From Eimeria praecox (Eukaryota): a stretch of DNA of 64,000 bases. The translations under genes were made by a program, and so were the position numbers. This document shows, one piece after another, positions 1 to 13,400 of the stretch. The notes under the pieces are model-generated. The model saw only the letters and a program-made list of their open reading frames with translations. It made no database searches and was not told the origin of the DNA. Where the stretch lies: contig OY986948.1 in assembly GCA_963920595.1 (NCBI GenBank), positions 3,348,001 through 3,412,000 on the forward strand, written 5' to 3'. Numbering within the stretch: position 1 is the stretch's first letter; every line of letters begins with the position of its first letter.

Positions 1-539
1 GAATTAGCGGGAGGACGGACGGCAGTGGGTAAGTGTCCAATAGGCACATTGGCGCATGTTTTTGGTCACCCTCGTTTTGCCGACGCGGCTGGGTGTTCAG
101 AAATACGGAGGAGCGGTGCTAGAGTATTCGAGGGTACCTTGTTCGTGGTCTAGCCCTATCGGCTAGCAGAAGCCTAACTCGACTCATCTAGAGGTGGCGT
201 TTCTGGTTTGTACACGTCTGGCGAAAGGGCCAGAGGGCAACTTATGACTAGGCAAGTAATGGTGCAAGAGGAATCGGCAAGAGCGGCATATTTCAGAGAT
301 ATCGCGTCTTAAAATGCGCACCTGCAGGAAGTGTGTATAAGCACCTGCGTGGAAAATATATTGCTTCTTTGAGCCGTCGGATCTGCTTTAGCTGTGTGTT
401 GGCTGCTTGGGTGTGGACTGGCAAATCACAGTGATGCCCTTCCTATGTGGCGGAATGCTTTGAAAGCGCGTACGCTGAAGCCTCACCTGCACAGCTTCGC
501 TCGGAAACCCACGGCTTGATCACGTATTCTTTGTGGTGC

Positions 540-1110
540 CTTTGCGTCAGCTCCAGGCATAATACGCTTCAGAACTCACCTCAGGGAGCCCGTATATGTA
601 CTGCGTGGGGATTTTCTGTGCACTTGCAGAACAGAGTTGTTTCGACAGGCGGAATCTCGGCAGGTTCACTAGTCCCAGTTGGGCATCTTGAGAGTCCTTG
701 AACACAATTCCGAGGAGCCAGCACTGGTTCATTGGTAAACCACACCATTAAGAATCCACTCAGCGTTCTGAGCCGCGGCTACCCTGCGTGGCATTGCCGA
801 GTTTATCGGCATGACGGCTTCATCCAGTGGTATATTGATACCGTATTTGAGTCGGACTGGGAAATGCCAACTGTTCATAAAGCTGGTACGTTTCACTGGT
901 AAAAATTTAAGGTAATTTCCCAAAGAGGCTCACTCCTGCTAACCCAATTTTCGAGGCATTCCCCAATTTTCCTGGATAGCTCAGCACCTGCAAGCAATGG
1001 CGTAATATATACGATAAAGAGAGTGCGCTTAATGTTGATTCATGATTACTCCAACGCCGTAGGGTGGATTTTCCTGTCATCCTGGCTTCATTTGTCCCGC
1101 ACAAATCACC
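540..1110 (-). mobile_element. Possible highly decayed Ty3/gypsy pol relic (RNase H C-terminus to integrase N-terminus)
   Basis: Minus-strand fragments WSNHESTL (~TDHxSL), LSYPGKLGNA (~YxPGKxNxxAD), WILNGVVYQ (~NGLLY) and VFKDSQDAQLG (~HDxxxxGH) occur in the expected order, but across frames and stops. Confidence 0.3.
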
Positions 1111-1770
1111 ACTCTGCCTCCAGCTGAAGCAAGTGCGTGGAGGTCTGACGGGTGCACCACCGCTGGTGTGTCAGACTAGAGCCTGACGACTCTTTTAGTC
1201 GAAAGGCTGTATCCTGTTATCACCTGCGCGCTTCATGCCTTTAGGGGTGCTGGTCATCGAGCCCTTGGAATGCTGGTGACAGCTGGCAGTGGTTTAGCTA
1301 CCGCTGAGGAACCAGCCAAAGTACACGTTGCCGTCAAAAGGCGGCAAGCACACTCCATGCACTGTTGCTGTGGTGTACAGGCAGTGAGGATCGTCCTACT
1401 AAAACATAATTACTAATAACTTTATATATTAGTTTTGGTTACAGTGCTGAGGCCCACTGTCCATCACGGTAACGTGCGCTACACCTGATGCTGCACACTC
1501 GCTTCAACTACCCCAACGCGAGAACGAAATGGAGGCAGCAACGACAACACTGGCGTCCTGCTGCGGTTGCACTGGGCTTAAGCACTGCCAGCAAACGCAC
1601 AACTGGGCACATGATAGCAACCGCATTTCGACGCAGCTTTGCGCCTCTTCCTCCACCGGATGGACCCTTCCTTTTCATCAGCACTGCCACGAAGCCGCGA
1701 TCGCGTCAGACTTCCCACTGTCTCTTTGTCAGAGGAGCACGTCCTCACCCGTCCTGGCTCCATATCTGTC

Positions 1771-4700
1771 GGCTGCTAGATGCATCTCTAAGCGAGCTTA
1801 CGGCTGCGCGCAGATTTGTGGATTCTTATGGTTCTTGAGTTTGATGGTGAATCAGATGGTAGTGTTGCTTATGTTTGGATGCCAATGACCAGGCAGTATG
1901 CATCGATTGTCGAATACCCTAAATATGTGCGCGTTGAAATAATAATGATGCGGTAAGGCTGGTTTCTGACCAACTCCAGCGCGGTGCGGTTGTAAGCAGT
2001 TGGATTGTCTTCTCACCCGTTTTGGCATGCAGACATGTTTGCATTCTTGCTGTCGTGGAGTTCGTTGGAGATTGCATTGCTGACTCGGTGCTGTGAGGCG
2101 CGGCGTTTGTAGGCATGCCAGTCCACACTCACGTTTGTCCCTTAGCTCGTGAAACGTTTATGGCTGCAGTGTGCTCACTGGACATCTTCTAGGCCAAGAA
2201 GGTACGCATCATGGAACTGGCACTTACGGGTTGGGCTGGCCAGTAATCAGACAGCACCTATCGATCATGGAAGTATATGGAGTGCGCCGTAACGCACCGG
2301 ACACCCGGCGATGCTTGCTTTTGTTGTGTGTCCAGGACCTGCATTTGCTACCACGTTTGCTAACTCCCCAGTTTGGTCCCTTTGTTGTCCAAAGCTCGTT
2401 CGCGTCAGTTTTTCTGGTCTCCCATCTGCTTGATGCTGGCAACTCACCAAATTGCTCTGCAGTGGTGAGCAGGGCCGAGCATCGTGCAACTATTGGCTGT
2501 GTGGGGAGAGCACAGGCACGTGGTTTATTCCTTTTGGCTATGCTGTCGACCAGGCAGTGCGCATTCAGCTCTTCGTTTGCGGCTGTTCTAGCGGCGTGTT
2601 CACGGTTGGCAGTATGTTCAAACTTGTGGGTTTAGGTAAAGGCCCCTTCTCCGTTGTGACTGTAGAGGGATGCGCTTGTGCGGAGGTTTATGCCTACCTG
2701 CGTTTACGACTTTGCCTTCGTCAGCTGCGTGACCCTTTCTCGTCTGTGTCCTTGCTGCCCCGACGTCGGTCAGTATTTGAGTGGTGGACAAGGGCGGATA
2801 TTAGACCCGGCGGCAGAGCTCGCATTTGTGGGTGGTAGTTGTAGTTCAGTAGGCGAGAGTGCACATAGGCGTGTATAGGTGCCTGACCATCTTTAGGAAG
2901 AGGAGGTGCGTCGAGTGGAGGCAAAGCGTGTGGCAGGAATCCCTTTGGTATCACTGGGGTTATCCTGCAGGCATGAGGAGTGCTATGCTGGTTAGCGGGT
3001 TGTTGGTGGCTTCGATGTTTGTGCAGTGGGCCCCAGCTGCAAGTGTCTGTACGTGTTGCAGCTTCCACAGCTGTGCCTATCCCTTGCTAAGAGGACTATG
3101 TGCTCAGTCTTGCTGGGTCTATAACTGTCAGCTGCTGGATGCATCTCTAAGCGAGCTTACGGCTGCGCGCAGATTTGTGGATTCTTATGGTTCTTGAGTT
3201 TGATGGTGAATCAGATGGTAGTGTTGCTTATGTTTGGGTGCCAATGACCAGGCAGTATGCATCGATTGTCGAATACCCTAAATATGTGCGCGTTGAAATA
3301 ATAATGATGCGGTAAGGCTGGTTTCTGACCAACTCCAGCGCGGTGCGGTTGTAAGCAGTTGGATTGTCTTCTCACCCGTTTTGGCATGCAGACATGTTTG
3401 CATTCTTGCTGTCGTGGAGTTCGTTGGAGATTGCATTGCTGACTCGGTGCTGTGAGGCGCGGCGTTTGTAGGCATGCCAGTCCACACTCACGTTTGTCCC
3501 TTAGCTCATGAAACGTTTATGACTGCAGTGTTCTCACTGGACATCTTCTAGGCCAAGAAGGTACGCATCATGGAACTGGCACTTACGGGTTGGGCTGGCC
3601 AGTAATCAGACAGCACCTATCGATCATGGAAGTATATGGAGTGCGCCGTAACGCACCGGACACCCGGCGATGCTTGCTTTTGTTGTGTGTCCAGGACCTG
3701 CATTTGCTATCATGTTTGCTAACTCCCCAGTTTGGTCCCTTTGTTGTCCAAAGCTCGTTCGCGTCAGTTTTTCTGGTCTCCCATCTGCTTGATGCTGGCA
3801 ACTCACCAAATTGCTCTGCAGTGGTGAGCAGGGCCGAGCATCGTGCAACTATTGGCTGTGTGGGGAGAGCACAGGCACGTGGTTTATTCCTTTTGGCTAT
3901 GCTGTCGACCAGGCAGTGCGCATTCAGCTCTTCGTTTGCGGCTGTACTAGCGGCGTGTTCACGGTTGGCAGTATGTTCAAACTTGTGGGTTTAGGTAAAG
4001 GCCCCTTCTCCGTTGTGACTGTAGAGGGATGCGCTTGTGCGGAGGTTTGTGCCTACCTGCGTTTACGACTTTGCCTTCGTCAGCTGCGTGACCCTCTCTC
4101 GTCTGTGTCCTTGCTGCACCGACGTCGGTCAGTATTTGAGTGGTGGACAAGGGCGGATCTTAGACCCGGCGGCAGAGCTCGCATTTCTGGGTGGTAGTTG
4201 TAGTTCAGTAGGCGAGAGTGCACATAGGCCTGTATAGGTGCCTGACCATCTTTAGGAAGAGGAGGTGCGTCGAGTGGAGGCAAAGCGTGTGGCAGGAAGT
4301 CCTTTGGTATCACTGGGGTTATCCTGCAGGTATGAGGAGTGCTATGCTCGTTAGCGGGTTGTTGGTGGCTTCGATGTTTGTGCAGTGGGCCCCAGCTGCA
4401 AGTGTCTGTACGTGTTGCAGCTTCCACAGCTGTGCCTATCCCTTGCTAAGAGGACTATGTGCTCAGTCTTGCTGGGTCTATAACTGTCAGCTGCTGGATG
4501 CATCTCTAAGCGAGCTTACGGCTGCGCGCAGATTTGTGGATTCTTATGGTTCTTGAGTTTGATGGTGAATCAGATGGTAGTGTTGCTTATGTTTGGGTGC
4601 CAATGACCAGGCAGTATGCATCGATTGTCGAATACCCTAAATATGTGCGCGTTGAAATAATAATGATGCGGTAAGGCTGGTTTCTGACCAACTCCAGCGC

Positions 4701-7206
4701 GGTGCGGTTGTAAGCAGTTGGATTGTCTTCTCACCCGTTTTGGCATGCAGACATGTTTGCATTCTTGCTGTCGTGGAGTTCGTTGGAGATTGCATTGCTG
4801 ACTCGGTGCTGTGAGGCGCGGCGTTTGTAGGCATGCCAGTCCACACTCACCTTTGTCCCTTAGCTCATGAAACGTTTATGACTGCAGTGTTCTCACTGGA
4901 CATCTTCTAGGCCAAGAAGGTACGCATCATGGAACTGGCACTTACGGGTTGGGCTGGCCAGTAATCAGACAGCACCTATCGATCATGGAAGTATATGGAG
5001 TGCGCCGTAACGCACCGGACACCCGGCGATGCTTGCTTTTGTTGTGTGTCCAGGACCTGCATTTGCTACCACGTTTGCTAACTCCCCAGTTTGGTCCCTT
5101 TGTTGTCCAAAGCTCGTTCGCGTCAGTTTTTCTGGTCTCCCATCTGCTTGATGCTGGCAACTCACCAAATTGCTCTGCAGTGGTGAGCAGGGCCGAGCAT
5201 CGTGCAACTATTGGCTGTGTGGGGAGAGCACAGGCACGTGGTTTATTCCTTTTGGCTATGCTGTCGACCAGGCAGTGCGCATTCAGCTCTTCGTTTGCGG
5301 CTGTTCTAGCGGCGTGTTCACGGTTGGCAGTATGTTCAAACTTGTGGGTTTAGGTAAAGGCCCCTTCTCCGTTGTGACTGTAGAGGGATGCGCTTGTGCG
5401 GAGGTTTATGCCTACCTGCGTTTACGACTTTGCCTTCGTCAGCTGCGTGACCCTTTCTCGTCTGTGTCCTTGCTGCCCCGACGTCGGTCAGTATTTGAGT
5501 GGTGGACAAGGGCGGATCTTAGACCCGGCGGCAGAGCTCGCATTTCTGGGTGGTAGTTGTAGTTCAGTAGGCGAGAGTGCACATAGGCCTGTATAGGTGC
5601 CTGACCATCTTTAGGAAGAGGAGGTGCGTCGAGTGGAGGCAAAGCGTGTGGCAGGAAGTCCTTTGGTATCACTGGGGTTATCCTGCAGGTATGAGGAGTG
5701 CTATGCTCGTTAGCGGGTTGTTGGTGGCTTCGATGTTTGTGCAGTGGGCCCCAGCTGCAAGTGTCTGTACGTGTTGCAGCTTCCACAGCTGTGCCTATCC
5801 CTTGCTAAGAGGACTATGTGCTCAGTCTTGCTGGGTCTATAACTGTCAGCTGCTGGATGCATCTCTAAGCGAGCTTACGGCTGCGCGCAGATTTGTGGAT
5901 TCTTATGGTTCTTGAGTTTGATGGTGAATCAGATGGTAGTGTTGCTTATGTTTGGGTGCCAATGACCAGGCAGTATGCATCGATTGTCGAATACCCTAAA
6001 TATGTGCGCGTTGAAATAATAATGATGCGGTAAGGCTGGTTTCTGACCAACTCCAGCGCGGTGCGGTTGTAAGCAGTTGGATTGTCTTCTCACCCGTTTT
6101 GGCATGCAGACATGTTTGCATTCTTGCTGTCGTGGAGTTCGTTGGAGATTGCATTGCTGACTCGGTGCTGTGAGGCGCGGCGTTTGTAGGCATGCCAGTC
6201 CACACTCACCTTTGTCCCTTAGCTCATGAAACGTTTATGACTGCAGTGTTCTCACTGGACATCTTCTAGGCCAAGAAGGTACGCATCATGGAACTGGCAC
6301 TTACGGGTTGGGCTGGCCAGTAATCAGACAGCACCTATCGATCATGGAAGTATATGGAGTGCGCCGTAACGCACCGGACACCCGGCGATGCTTGCTTTTG
6401 TTGTGTGTCCAGGACCTGCATTTGCTACCACGTTTGCTAACTCCCCAGTTTGGTCCCTTTGTTGTCCAAAGCTCGTTCGCGTCAGTTTTTCTGGTCTCCC
6501 ATCTGCTTGATGCTGGCAACTCACCAAATTGCTCTGCAGTGGTGAGCAGGGCCGAGCATCGTGCAACTATTGGCTGTGTGGGGAGAGCACAGGCACGTGG
6601 TTTATTCCTTTTGGCTATGCTGTCGACCAGGCAGTGCGCATTCAGCTCTTCGTTTGCGGCTGTTCTAGCGGCGTGTTCACGGTTGGCAGTATGTTCAAAC
6701 TTGTGGGTTTAGGTAAAGGCCCCTTCTCCGTTGTGACTGTAGAGGGATGCGCTTGTGCGGAGGTTTATGCCTACCTGCGTTTACGACTTTGCCTTCGTCA
6801 GCTGCGTGACCCTTTCTCGTCTGTGTCCTTGCTGCCCCGACGTCGGTCAGTATTTGAGTGGTGGACAAGGGCGGATCTTAGACCCGGCGGCAGAGCTCGC
6901 ATTTCTGGGTGGTAGTTGTAGTTCAGTAGGCGAGAGTGCACATAGGCCTGTATAGGTGCCTGACCATCTTTAGGAAGAGGAGGTGCGTCGAGTGGAGGCA
7001 AAGCGTGTGGCAGGAAGTCCTTTGGTATCACTGGGGTTATCCTGCAGGTATGAGGAGTGCTATGCTCGTTAGCGGGTTGTTGGTGGCTTCGATGTTTGTG
7101 CAGTGGGCCCCAGCTGCAAGTGTCTGTACGTGTTGCAGCTTCCACAGCTGTGCCTATCCCTTGCTAAGAGGACTATGTGCTCAGTCTTGCTGGGTCTATA
7201 ACTGTC
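1771..7206. repeat. Tandem array of four near-identical 1359-bp units (about 1771-3129, 3130-4488, 4489-5847, 5848-7206)
   Basis: Identical ORFs recur at an exact 1359-bp period (1919/3278/4637/5996; 2452/3811/5170/6529). The units differ only by scattered SNPs, and the + strand is G/T-rich. Confidence 0.97.
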
Positions 7207-9400
7207 AGCTGCTGGATGCATCTCTAAGCGAGCTTACGGCTGCGCGCAGATTTGTGGATTCTTATGGTTCTTGAGTTTGATGGTGAATCAGATGGTAGTG
7301 TTGCTTATGTTTGGGTGCCAATGACCAGGCAGTATGCATCGATTGTCGAATACCCTAAATATGTGCGCGTTGAAATAATAATGATGCGGTAAGGCTGGTT
7401 TCTGACCAACTCCAGCGCGGTGCGGTTGTAAGCAGTTGGATTGTGTGTGCTGTGAGGCGCGGCGTTTGTAGGCATGCCAGTCCACACTCACGTTTGTCCC
7501 TTAGCTCGTGAAACGTTTATGGCTGCAGTGTGCTCACTGGACATCTTCTAGGCCAAGAAGGTACGCATCATGGAACTGGCACTTACGGGTTGGGCTGGCC
7601 AGTAATCAGACAGCACCTATCGATCATGGAAGTATATGGAGTGCGCCATAACGCATCGGACACCCGGCGATGCTTGCTTTTGTTGTGTGTCCAGGACCTG
7701 CATTTGCTACCACGTTTGCTAACTCCCCAGTTTGGTCCCTTTGTTGTCCAACGCTCGCTCGCGACTGTACAGGGATGCGCTTGTGCGGAGGTTTATGCCT
7801 ACCTGCGTTTACGACTTTGCCTTCGTCAGCTGCGTGACCCTTTCTCGTCTGTGTCCTTGCTGCCCCGACGTCGGTCAGTATTTGAGTGGTGGACAAGGGC
7901 GGATCTTAGACCCGGCGGCAGAGCTCGCATTTCGTGCGTGCTAATTGTAGTTCAGTGGGCGAGAGTGCACACTACTTGTAGTTCAGTAGGCGAGAGTGCA
8001 CCTAGGCCTGGATAGGTGCCTGACCATCTTTAGGAAGAGGAGGTGCGTCGAGTGGAGGCAAAGCGTGTGGCAGGATGTCCCTTGGTATCACTGGGGTTAT
8101 CCTGCAGGTATGAGGAGTGCTATGCTAATTAGCGGGTTGTTGGTGGCTTCGATGTTTGCGCAGCGGAACTCACCTGCAACTATTGACAGCGTGGGGAGAG
8201 CGCAGGCACGTGGTTTATTCCTTTTGGCTATGCTGTCGACCAGGCAGCGCGCATTCAGCTCTTCGTTTGCGGCTGTACTAGCGGCGTGTTCACGGTTTGC
8301 AGTAGGTTCAAACTTGCGGGTTTAAGTAAAGGCCCCTTCTCCGTTGTGGCTGTAGAGGGATGCGCTTGTGCGGAGGTTTGTGCCTACCTGCGTTTACGAC
8401 TTTGCCTTCGTCAGCTGCGTGACCCTTTCTCGTCTGTGTCCTTGCTGCCCCGACGTCGGTCAGTATTTGAGTGGTGGACAAGGGCGGATCTTAGACCCGG
8501 CGGCAGAGCTGGCATTTCGTGCGTGCTAATTGTAGTTCAGTGGACGAGAGTGCACACTACTTGTAGTTCAGTAGGCGAGAGTGCACCTAGGCCTGGATAG
8601 GTGCCTGACCATCTTTAGGAAGAGGAGGTGCGTCGAGTGGAGGCAAAGCGTGTGGCAGGAAGTCCTTTGGTATCACTGGGGTTATCCTGCAGGTATGAGG
8701 AGTGCTATGCTAATTAGCGTGTTGTTGGTGGCTTCGATGTTTGTGCAGCGGAACCCACCTGCAACTATTGACAGTGTGGGGAGAGCGCAGGCACGTGGTT
8801 TATTCCTTTTGGCTATGCTGTCGACCAGGCAGCGCGCATTCAGCTCTTCGTTTGCGGCTGTACTAGCGGCGTGTTCACGGTTGGCAGTATGTTCAAACTT
8901 GTGGGTTTAGGTAAAGGCCCCTTCTCCGTTGTGACTGTAGAGGGATGCGCTTGTGCGGAGGTTTGTGCCTACCTGCGTTTACGACTTTGCCTTCGTCAGC
9001 TGCGTGACCCTTTCTCGTCTGTGTCCTTGCTGCACCGACGTCGGTCAGTATTTGAGTGGTGGACAAGGGCGGATCTTAGACCCGGCGGCAGAGCTCGCAT
9101 TTCTGGGTGGTAGTTGTAGTTCAGTAGGCGAGAGTGCACATAGGCGTGTATAGGTGCCTGGCCAACTTTAGGAACAGAAGATGCTTTGAGTGGTCACCAT
9201 CTTTAGGAAGAGAAGGTGCGTTGAGTGGAGGCAAAAAGCATGTGGCCGGAAGTAGATTGCTGCGCCGTGGACTCCATCCAGCTGCAAGCGCGTGTACGTG
9301 TTGCAGCCTTGGCAGCTGGTTCTGTCTGTTCCTCCGAAGACCGTTTTCTCAGTAGTGCTGGGTGCGCACCCGTCGACTATTCGGTGAGCCTCTTAGCGTG
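7207..9400. repeat. Degenerate right edge of the array: deleted fifth unit, 585-bp-period sub-repeats and a decaying tail
   Basis: The fifth copy lacks ~77 bp (near 7445) and ~254 bp (near 7763). ORFs at 7996 and 8581 recur at 585 bp. Similarity to the unit fades at ~9300-9400. Confidence 0.9.
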
Positions 9401-10439
9401 GTCACGGTTGCGCGCGTGGGTTGGCGTTTGCGGTGTTGCTAATAAGCGCGCTGGTGGATCAGGCGGGAATGCGGGAGTGTTGGAGTCTTTATGCTTATTG
9501 TCAGACGTTATGTATTCAAGGTTCTGTTTTGTCAGTTTCTCTCTGTTGGCGCCTGCGCTTTTATATATTTGTTCATGATGTTAGTAGCTGTGCAGTGACT
9601 ATGCGCATTTGCTTTTCTGTGTGGCAGCTTCCTGGAACATGTGCGTTGTGACAACAGTGGCTATTGCTCCTGGAGGGGCTTCCCTCTCTAGGCTAATGAC
9701 GCTGCGGTCGGCATCGTCTGTTGCGTTTTGTCCTGTCCACCTTTGCTGTTTTGCCTCTGCGTAGCATTCCGTTGCTAGGCGTCACCGACCGTCTTTTACC
9801 TTCTGGATTATACGTTGGTCAGATGGGCAGGCTTTCGCCGTTGCTAGTCATGCAATTTTTCGGTGTTACATGACACACCGCTAGTCGTTTGATGTGAGCC
9901 ACTCCCGAGTCCAGAGTCGAATATTTGTGCATTTGCTAGGAACCCCGAAAGAGTAAGGGCGTGGTGCATCTGTCATGCACTAATGATCAAGAAGCACACC
10001 TGTAGCTATTTGGTGGGGATGATATATTTATAATGCAGTGCAAAAAAGGCAGTTTTGTTGGAGCCAGCGTATTGGAAGCACGCATACTACAATAAACTCC
10101 TAAGGCGGTACGCATGCCCGGGTTGCAGCAATGCTAGCACCAGCTTTTATCTCCATGTTACGTGCGGCACTCTTTGAAAAATAAGACTTCCATCTTCGCG
10201 TGCATCCATGCAGGTGTGGCTGTCTTGAACACTGCGTCAACAGGCGAGGCAGCCCCGCTCGCGCCATCTGCGTGGGTATTCACACAGCCGCTCTTACTTC
10301 ATATGCGCCAAATGGAGACCTTTAGTGGGTTAACTAATACAATTCAGGAGGTAGGTGCTTGTGACCTTGTTATGCGTTGGTGGCTAGCTCCCGCTTGATC
10401 ACAAAGCCTTGAGCGCACAGCTTTGCGCCTTACTGTTCT

Positions 10440-13400
10440 TCACTTTCCTTTGCGCTCAGTTTTTGCTGTTTTGCTGTATTTGCATTTATTGGATTTTCCA
10501 CTTTTCTCTAGTAAGCCATCGAAGTGGTCAAACGCGGACGGCAGAATAGACCATCTATGCAGCTTTTGAGTGCGTCTGGTCGAACAGTACCGCTGCTGCT
10601 GCTCATGTGGCATTCTTAGAGGCCAGGCATTACGCATTATAAATCTTTGTGGGGCACCGTAAAGCCAAGTCAGATATCCACATGCATTGAAGGTGCAATG
10701 CTGCTCGCTGGCAGGTTATATATATATATATATTTCTTCCCCGTTGGCAATTGGATATATCATGCTTGTCTCGGAAAAGGCGGTGCGTGCGCAGTGACTG
10801 CCGCAGTCGTCGTATGCGGCCTCCTGCACACTTCATGTTAAGCGCTGGCCCTTCACCATCTCATACCAAATTCGCTCGCTGCGCACTAATGCGCAGACAG
10901 GTCTTACACCATACGGGTAAATACCTATCAAGTCATTTGTCTCTCTTCCGCTTCGCTTGGACTAGTTGCTCATGATTTCAAACTGTCTTGCCCAACAGTA
11001 GTAGTTTGGATGTTTGCTGGGGGTACGGCAGTTGCATGGAGCTTGCCTTTATGGGAAGGCGGTGAGCATGGCATGATTTCATATCGAAACAGAATCAGTC
11101 GCAGTTCCAGACTGAAGCTTAGCTGCCACCAGTCATTGTCCTGCTGTCGTTATGACCATGATATCATTTTCACGTGCTGCCTTCCCATCGTTGGCGACAT
11201 AGTCGGTACGTGCGGCTCTGCGGGTCTCCCCTAAGCGATCCGTTATGAACAAATATGAGACCTGTGCATTTTTGTGGCTTCATGTATAATATGCATCGCA
11301 TCGGAAGTTTGACTTTTATCTGTGGTTGTACACGCTGTTCCTCCTGGCCTCCATTACGGCATTCATCATCAGGTTTGAAGTCAATGCGTGTTTTCAGGTG
11401 GGTGTGGAGCCGTTCATCAAGAAGCCAGGGGCCCCAGAATCTGCAGCTCTACACTGGATGCACTTGTGGCTCCCAGGTTTACTGCTGAGCTGCTTGTTAT
11501 TTCACTACTACAAGCCCCTTTGCCGTCCTTGGAACCGGGGAAGAGGTTTCACAGAAAATCATCCTTGCTGCGAGCCGAATGCATCCATTCCTTTCATGTC
11601 GGTGCTGGTAGATTCAGAAACTAGTTGGAAGCCTTCAACAGAGACACTTGCTTATGGGCCGCAACAATCCCGTAGCTATGCCGAATATTTGCAGTCGCCC
11701 GTGTGGGTTGGCCATCCTTAGTTTCAATCATTTCATTTGCTTTACTAAACACGGGAGGGAATGCCACCATATTTTATTTTGGGCGTACTTGGTTGTTGTG
11801 AAACCCACAGTTCTTCATCATTTCCCCTGGATGATTCACCTACTGGCACGGTGCATGGGGTGCTTTTCGCAACCATGTGAAAGCATCCTTGTTCTTGGAG
11901 TTGAGTTGTTCAAACTCACCCTACACCAAACACGCCAGAGCACATAGTACCTCCGCATGCGGGGCTTCCGGCAATAGGGCAGGGAAGCAGATTTTTAATC
12001 GTCATGTCAAATTTGCCTCAACAATTTTATAGCCTAATGCAAACCGATTTTTTCTGCAGCTGCCATGGCACCACCGAGTAGTTGCTGCATAGCGATGAAG
12101 ATGCGATATAGCACATAAAGCAGCACTTCAAGGTAGGTGAGGGTGGAGAGAGGCAGGCCGAACAAGGCACAAACGAAAAGTCGAAAGTGGGCGCCAGGAA
12201 CGGTAAACAGATCTCCTGCAGCTATGTATACGAGCTCATCAGGAGAAGCGATGCCCCCCTCTATGAAGTTGTAGAGAAAGCTGAGTATGTGCCAAGCAGC
12301 CCTCTTCTATGCAACTCTCGGGGAGGAAACTAGCACCAACGACCGAAGTATCTCAACCGAAGCGTCCGTAATCGTGCTTAACTTATCAGCCATGGCGCTC
12401 CATACAAGCAGTGCAACCTGGTTCTCAAGTATGGCACTTGGGAACCTTTGAAAAGACGACGTTTTTCAAATCGGCTTCAATGAAAACAGTATTCTTCCTT
12501 CTTCCAGGAGTTGCCACCAAATGGCCCCGATTCCTGGAAGTGCAGGCACGTAGAGGACTGCGTACCACGGTTTATCCAGAGTATGTGCATCCGTGGGCGT
12601 ATGACGTGTTTTGGCTATGTAAGCCTAACAAGCCTTTAGCCGTTAAGTATAGTGTTTATAGATGAGCCGAACAAGGGTTTGGTGGTGCTTGCTGGTGATT
12701 TGGGATGTTCCCAAGAAAGAGCTGCCGTTTTTGCCATGTCATCAGCATCTCCGCACCCTCCTCAGAGTACTGAGAGGCCAGGCCTGTCATGATTTGTACC
12801 ACTCTACCCGTCCGCCTTTCCCGATCAAGTCAATCCGCACCCATGTTTCTGGGACTCCCTTGCTGATCAATGAACACCGCAGTAGTTGTTAAGCATTTGT
12901 CGCGCTCCCAGTAGCCAGGATGGACACATGCGTGCTTGCGTAGCCGCATTAGGTGCCGCGGTACACGTGTCTCCAGCACCCTCCTAACAGGCTCGTTGAG
13001 CAACACACTTCAGCAGACTACCCTCTGTGCCGTGCTGCGTTGGAAGAGAAACGGTAAGAGGGCTTGCAAAAAACCCAGGATTGTCAAAGCGCGAAGGAAG
13101 TAAATGAAGACAAATATGCCCGGGATGGAGGGTTCTGCTGATGGTAGCCTACTATGTTCAGACGTATTGGGAACAGTGAGCGACTGGGAGCCACAATAGT
13201 AGCGTGGCGAAGCAGTCAGCCAGGTTGGCAACGCAGTGATCAAGGGGGTAGAACTCGCATTTACTGCGGGCATCCAAACTCACATGAAAGCACCGGATAA
13301 GGATGCATCAGCGCGTGATGCCGCTTCATACAGTATCGTTTGTTGCTACATTGGCCAGAACTGCCCCCCAAATAGGCCAGATGCAGCAGCGCGTACTACT

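Noticed and set aside
2080..2165. Possible hammerhead ribozyme/retrozyme in the repeat unit (GAAAC at ~2151)
   Set aside because: No CTGANGA core with compatible stems was found.
2525..2545. CCTTTTGGCTA resembling the U2 snRNA 5' stem
   Set aside because: The flanking U2 sequence, including the branch-site recognition GTGTAGTA, is absent.
1919..9113. Many recurring 60-160-aa ORFs in the tandem array
   Set aside because: They overlap on both strands and in all frames, mostly lack ATG starts, show no domain motifs, and are broken by SNPs and deletions. Their recurrence only reflects the DNA repeat.
10715..10735. Short (TA)n tract; also TAGC repeats at ~35418-35440 and an 8-bp hairpin at ~48158-48177
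   Set aside because: Too short to distinguish from background.
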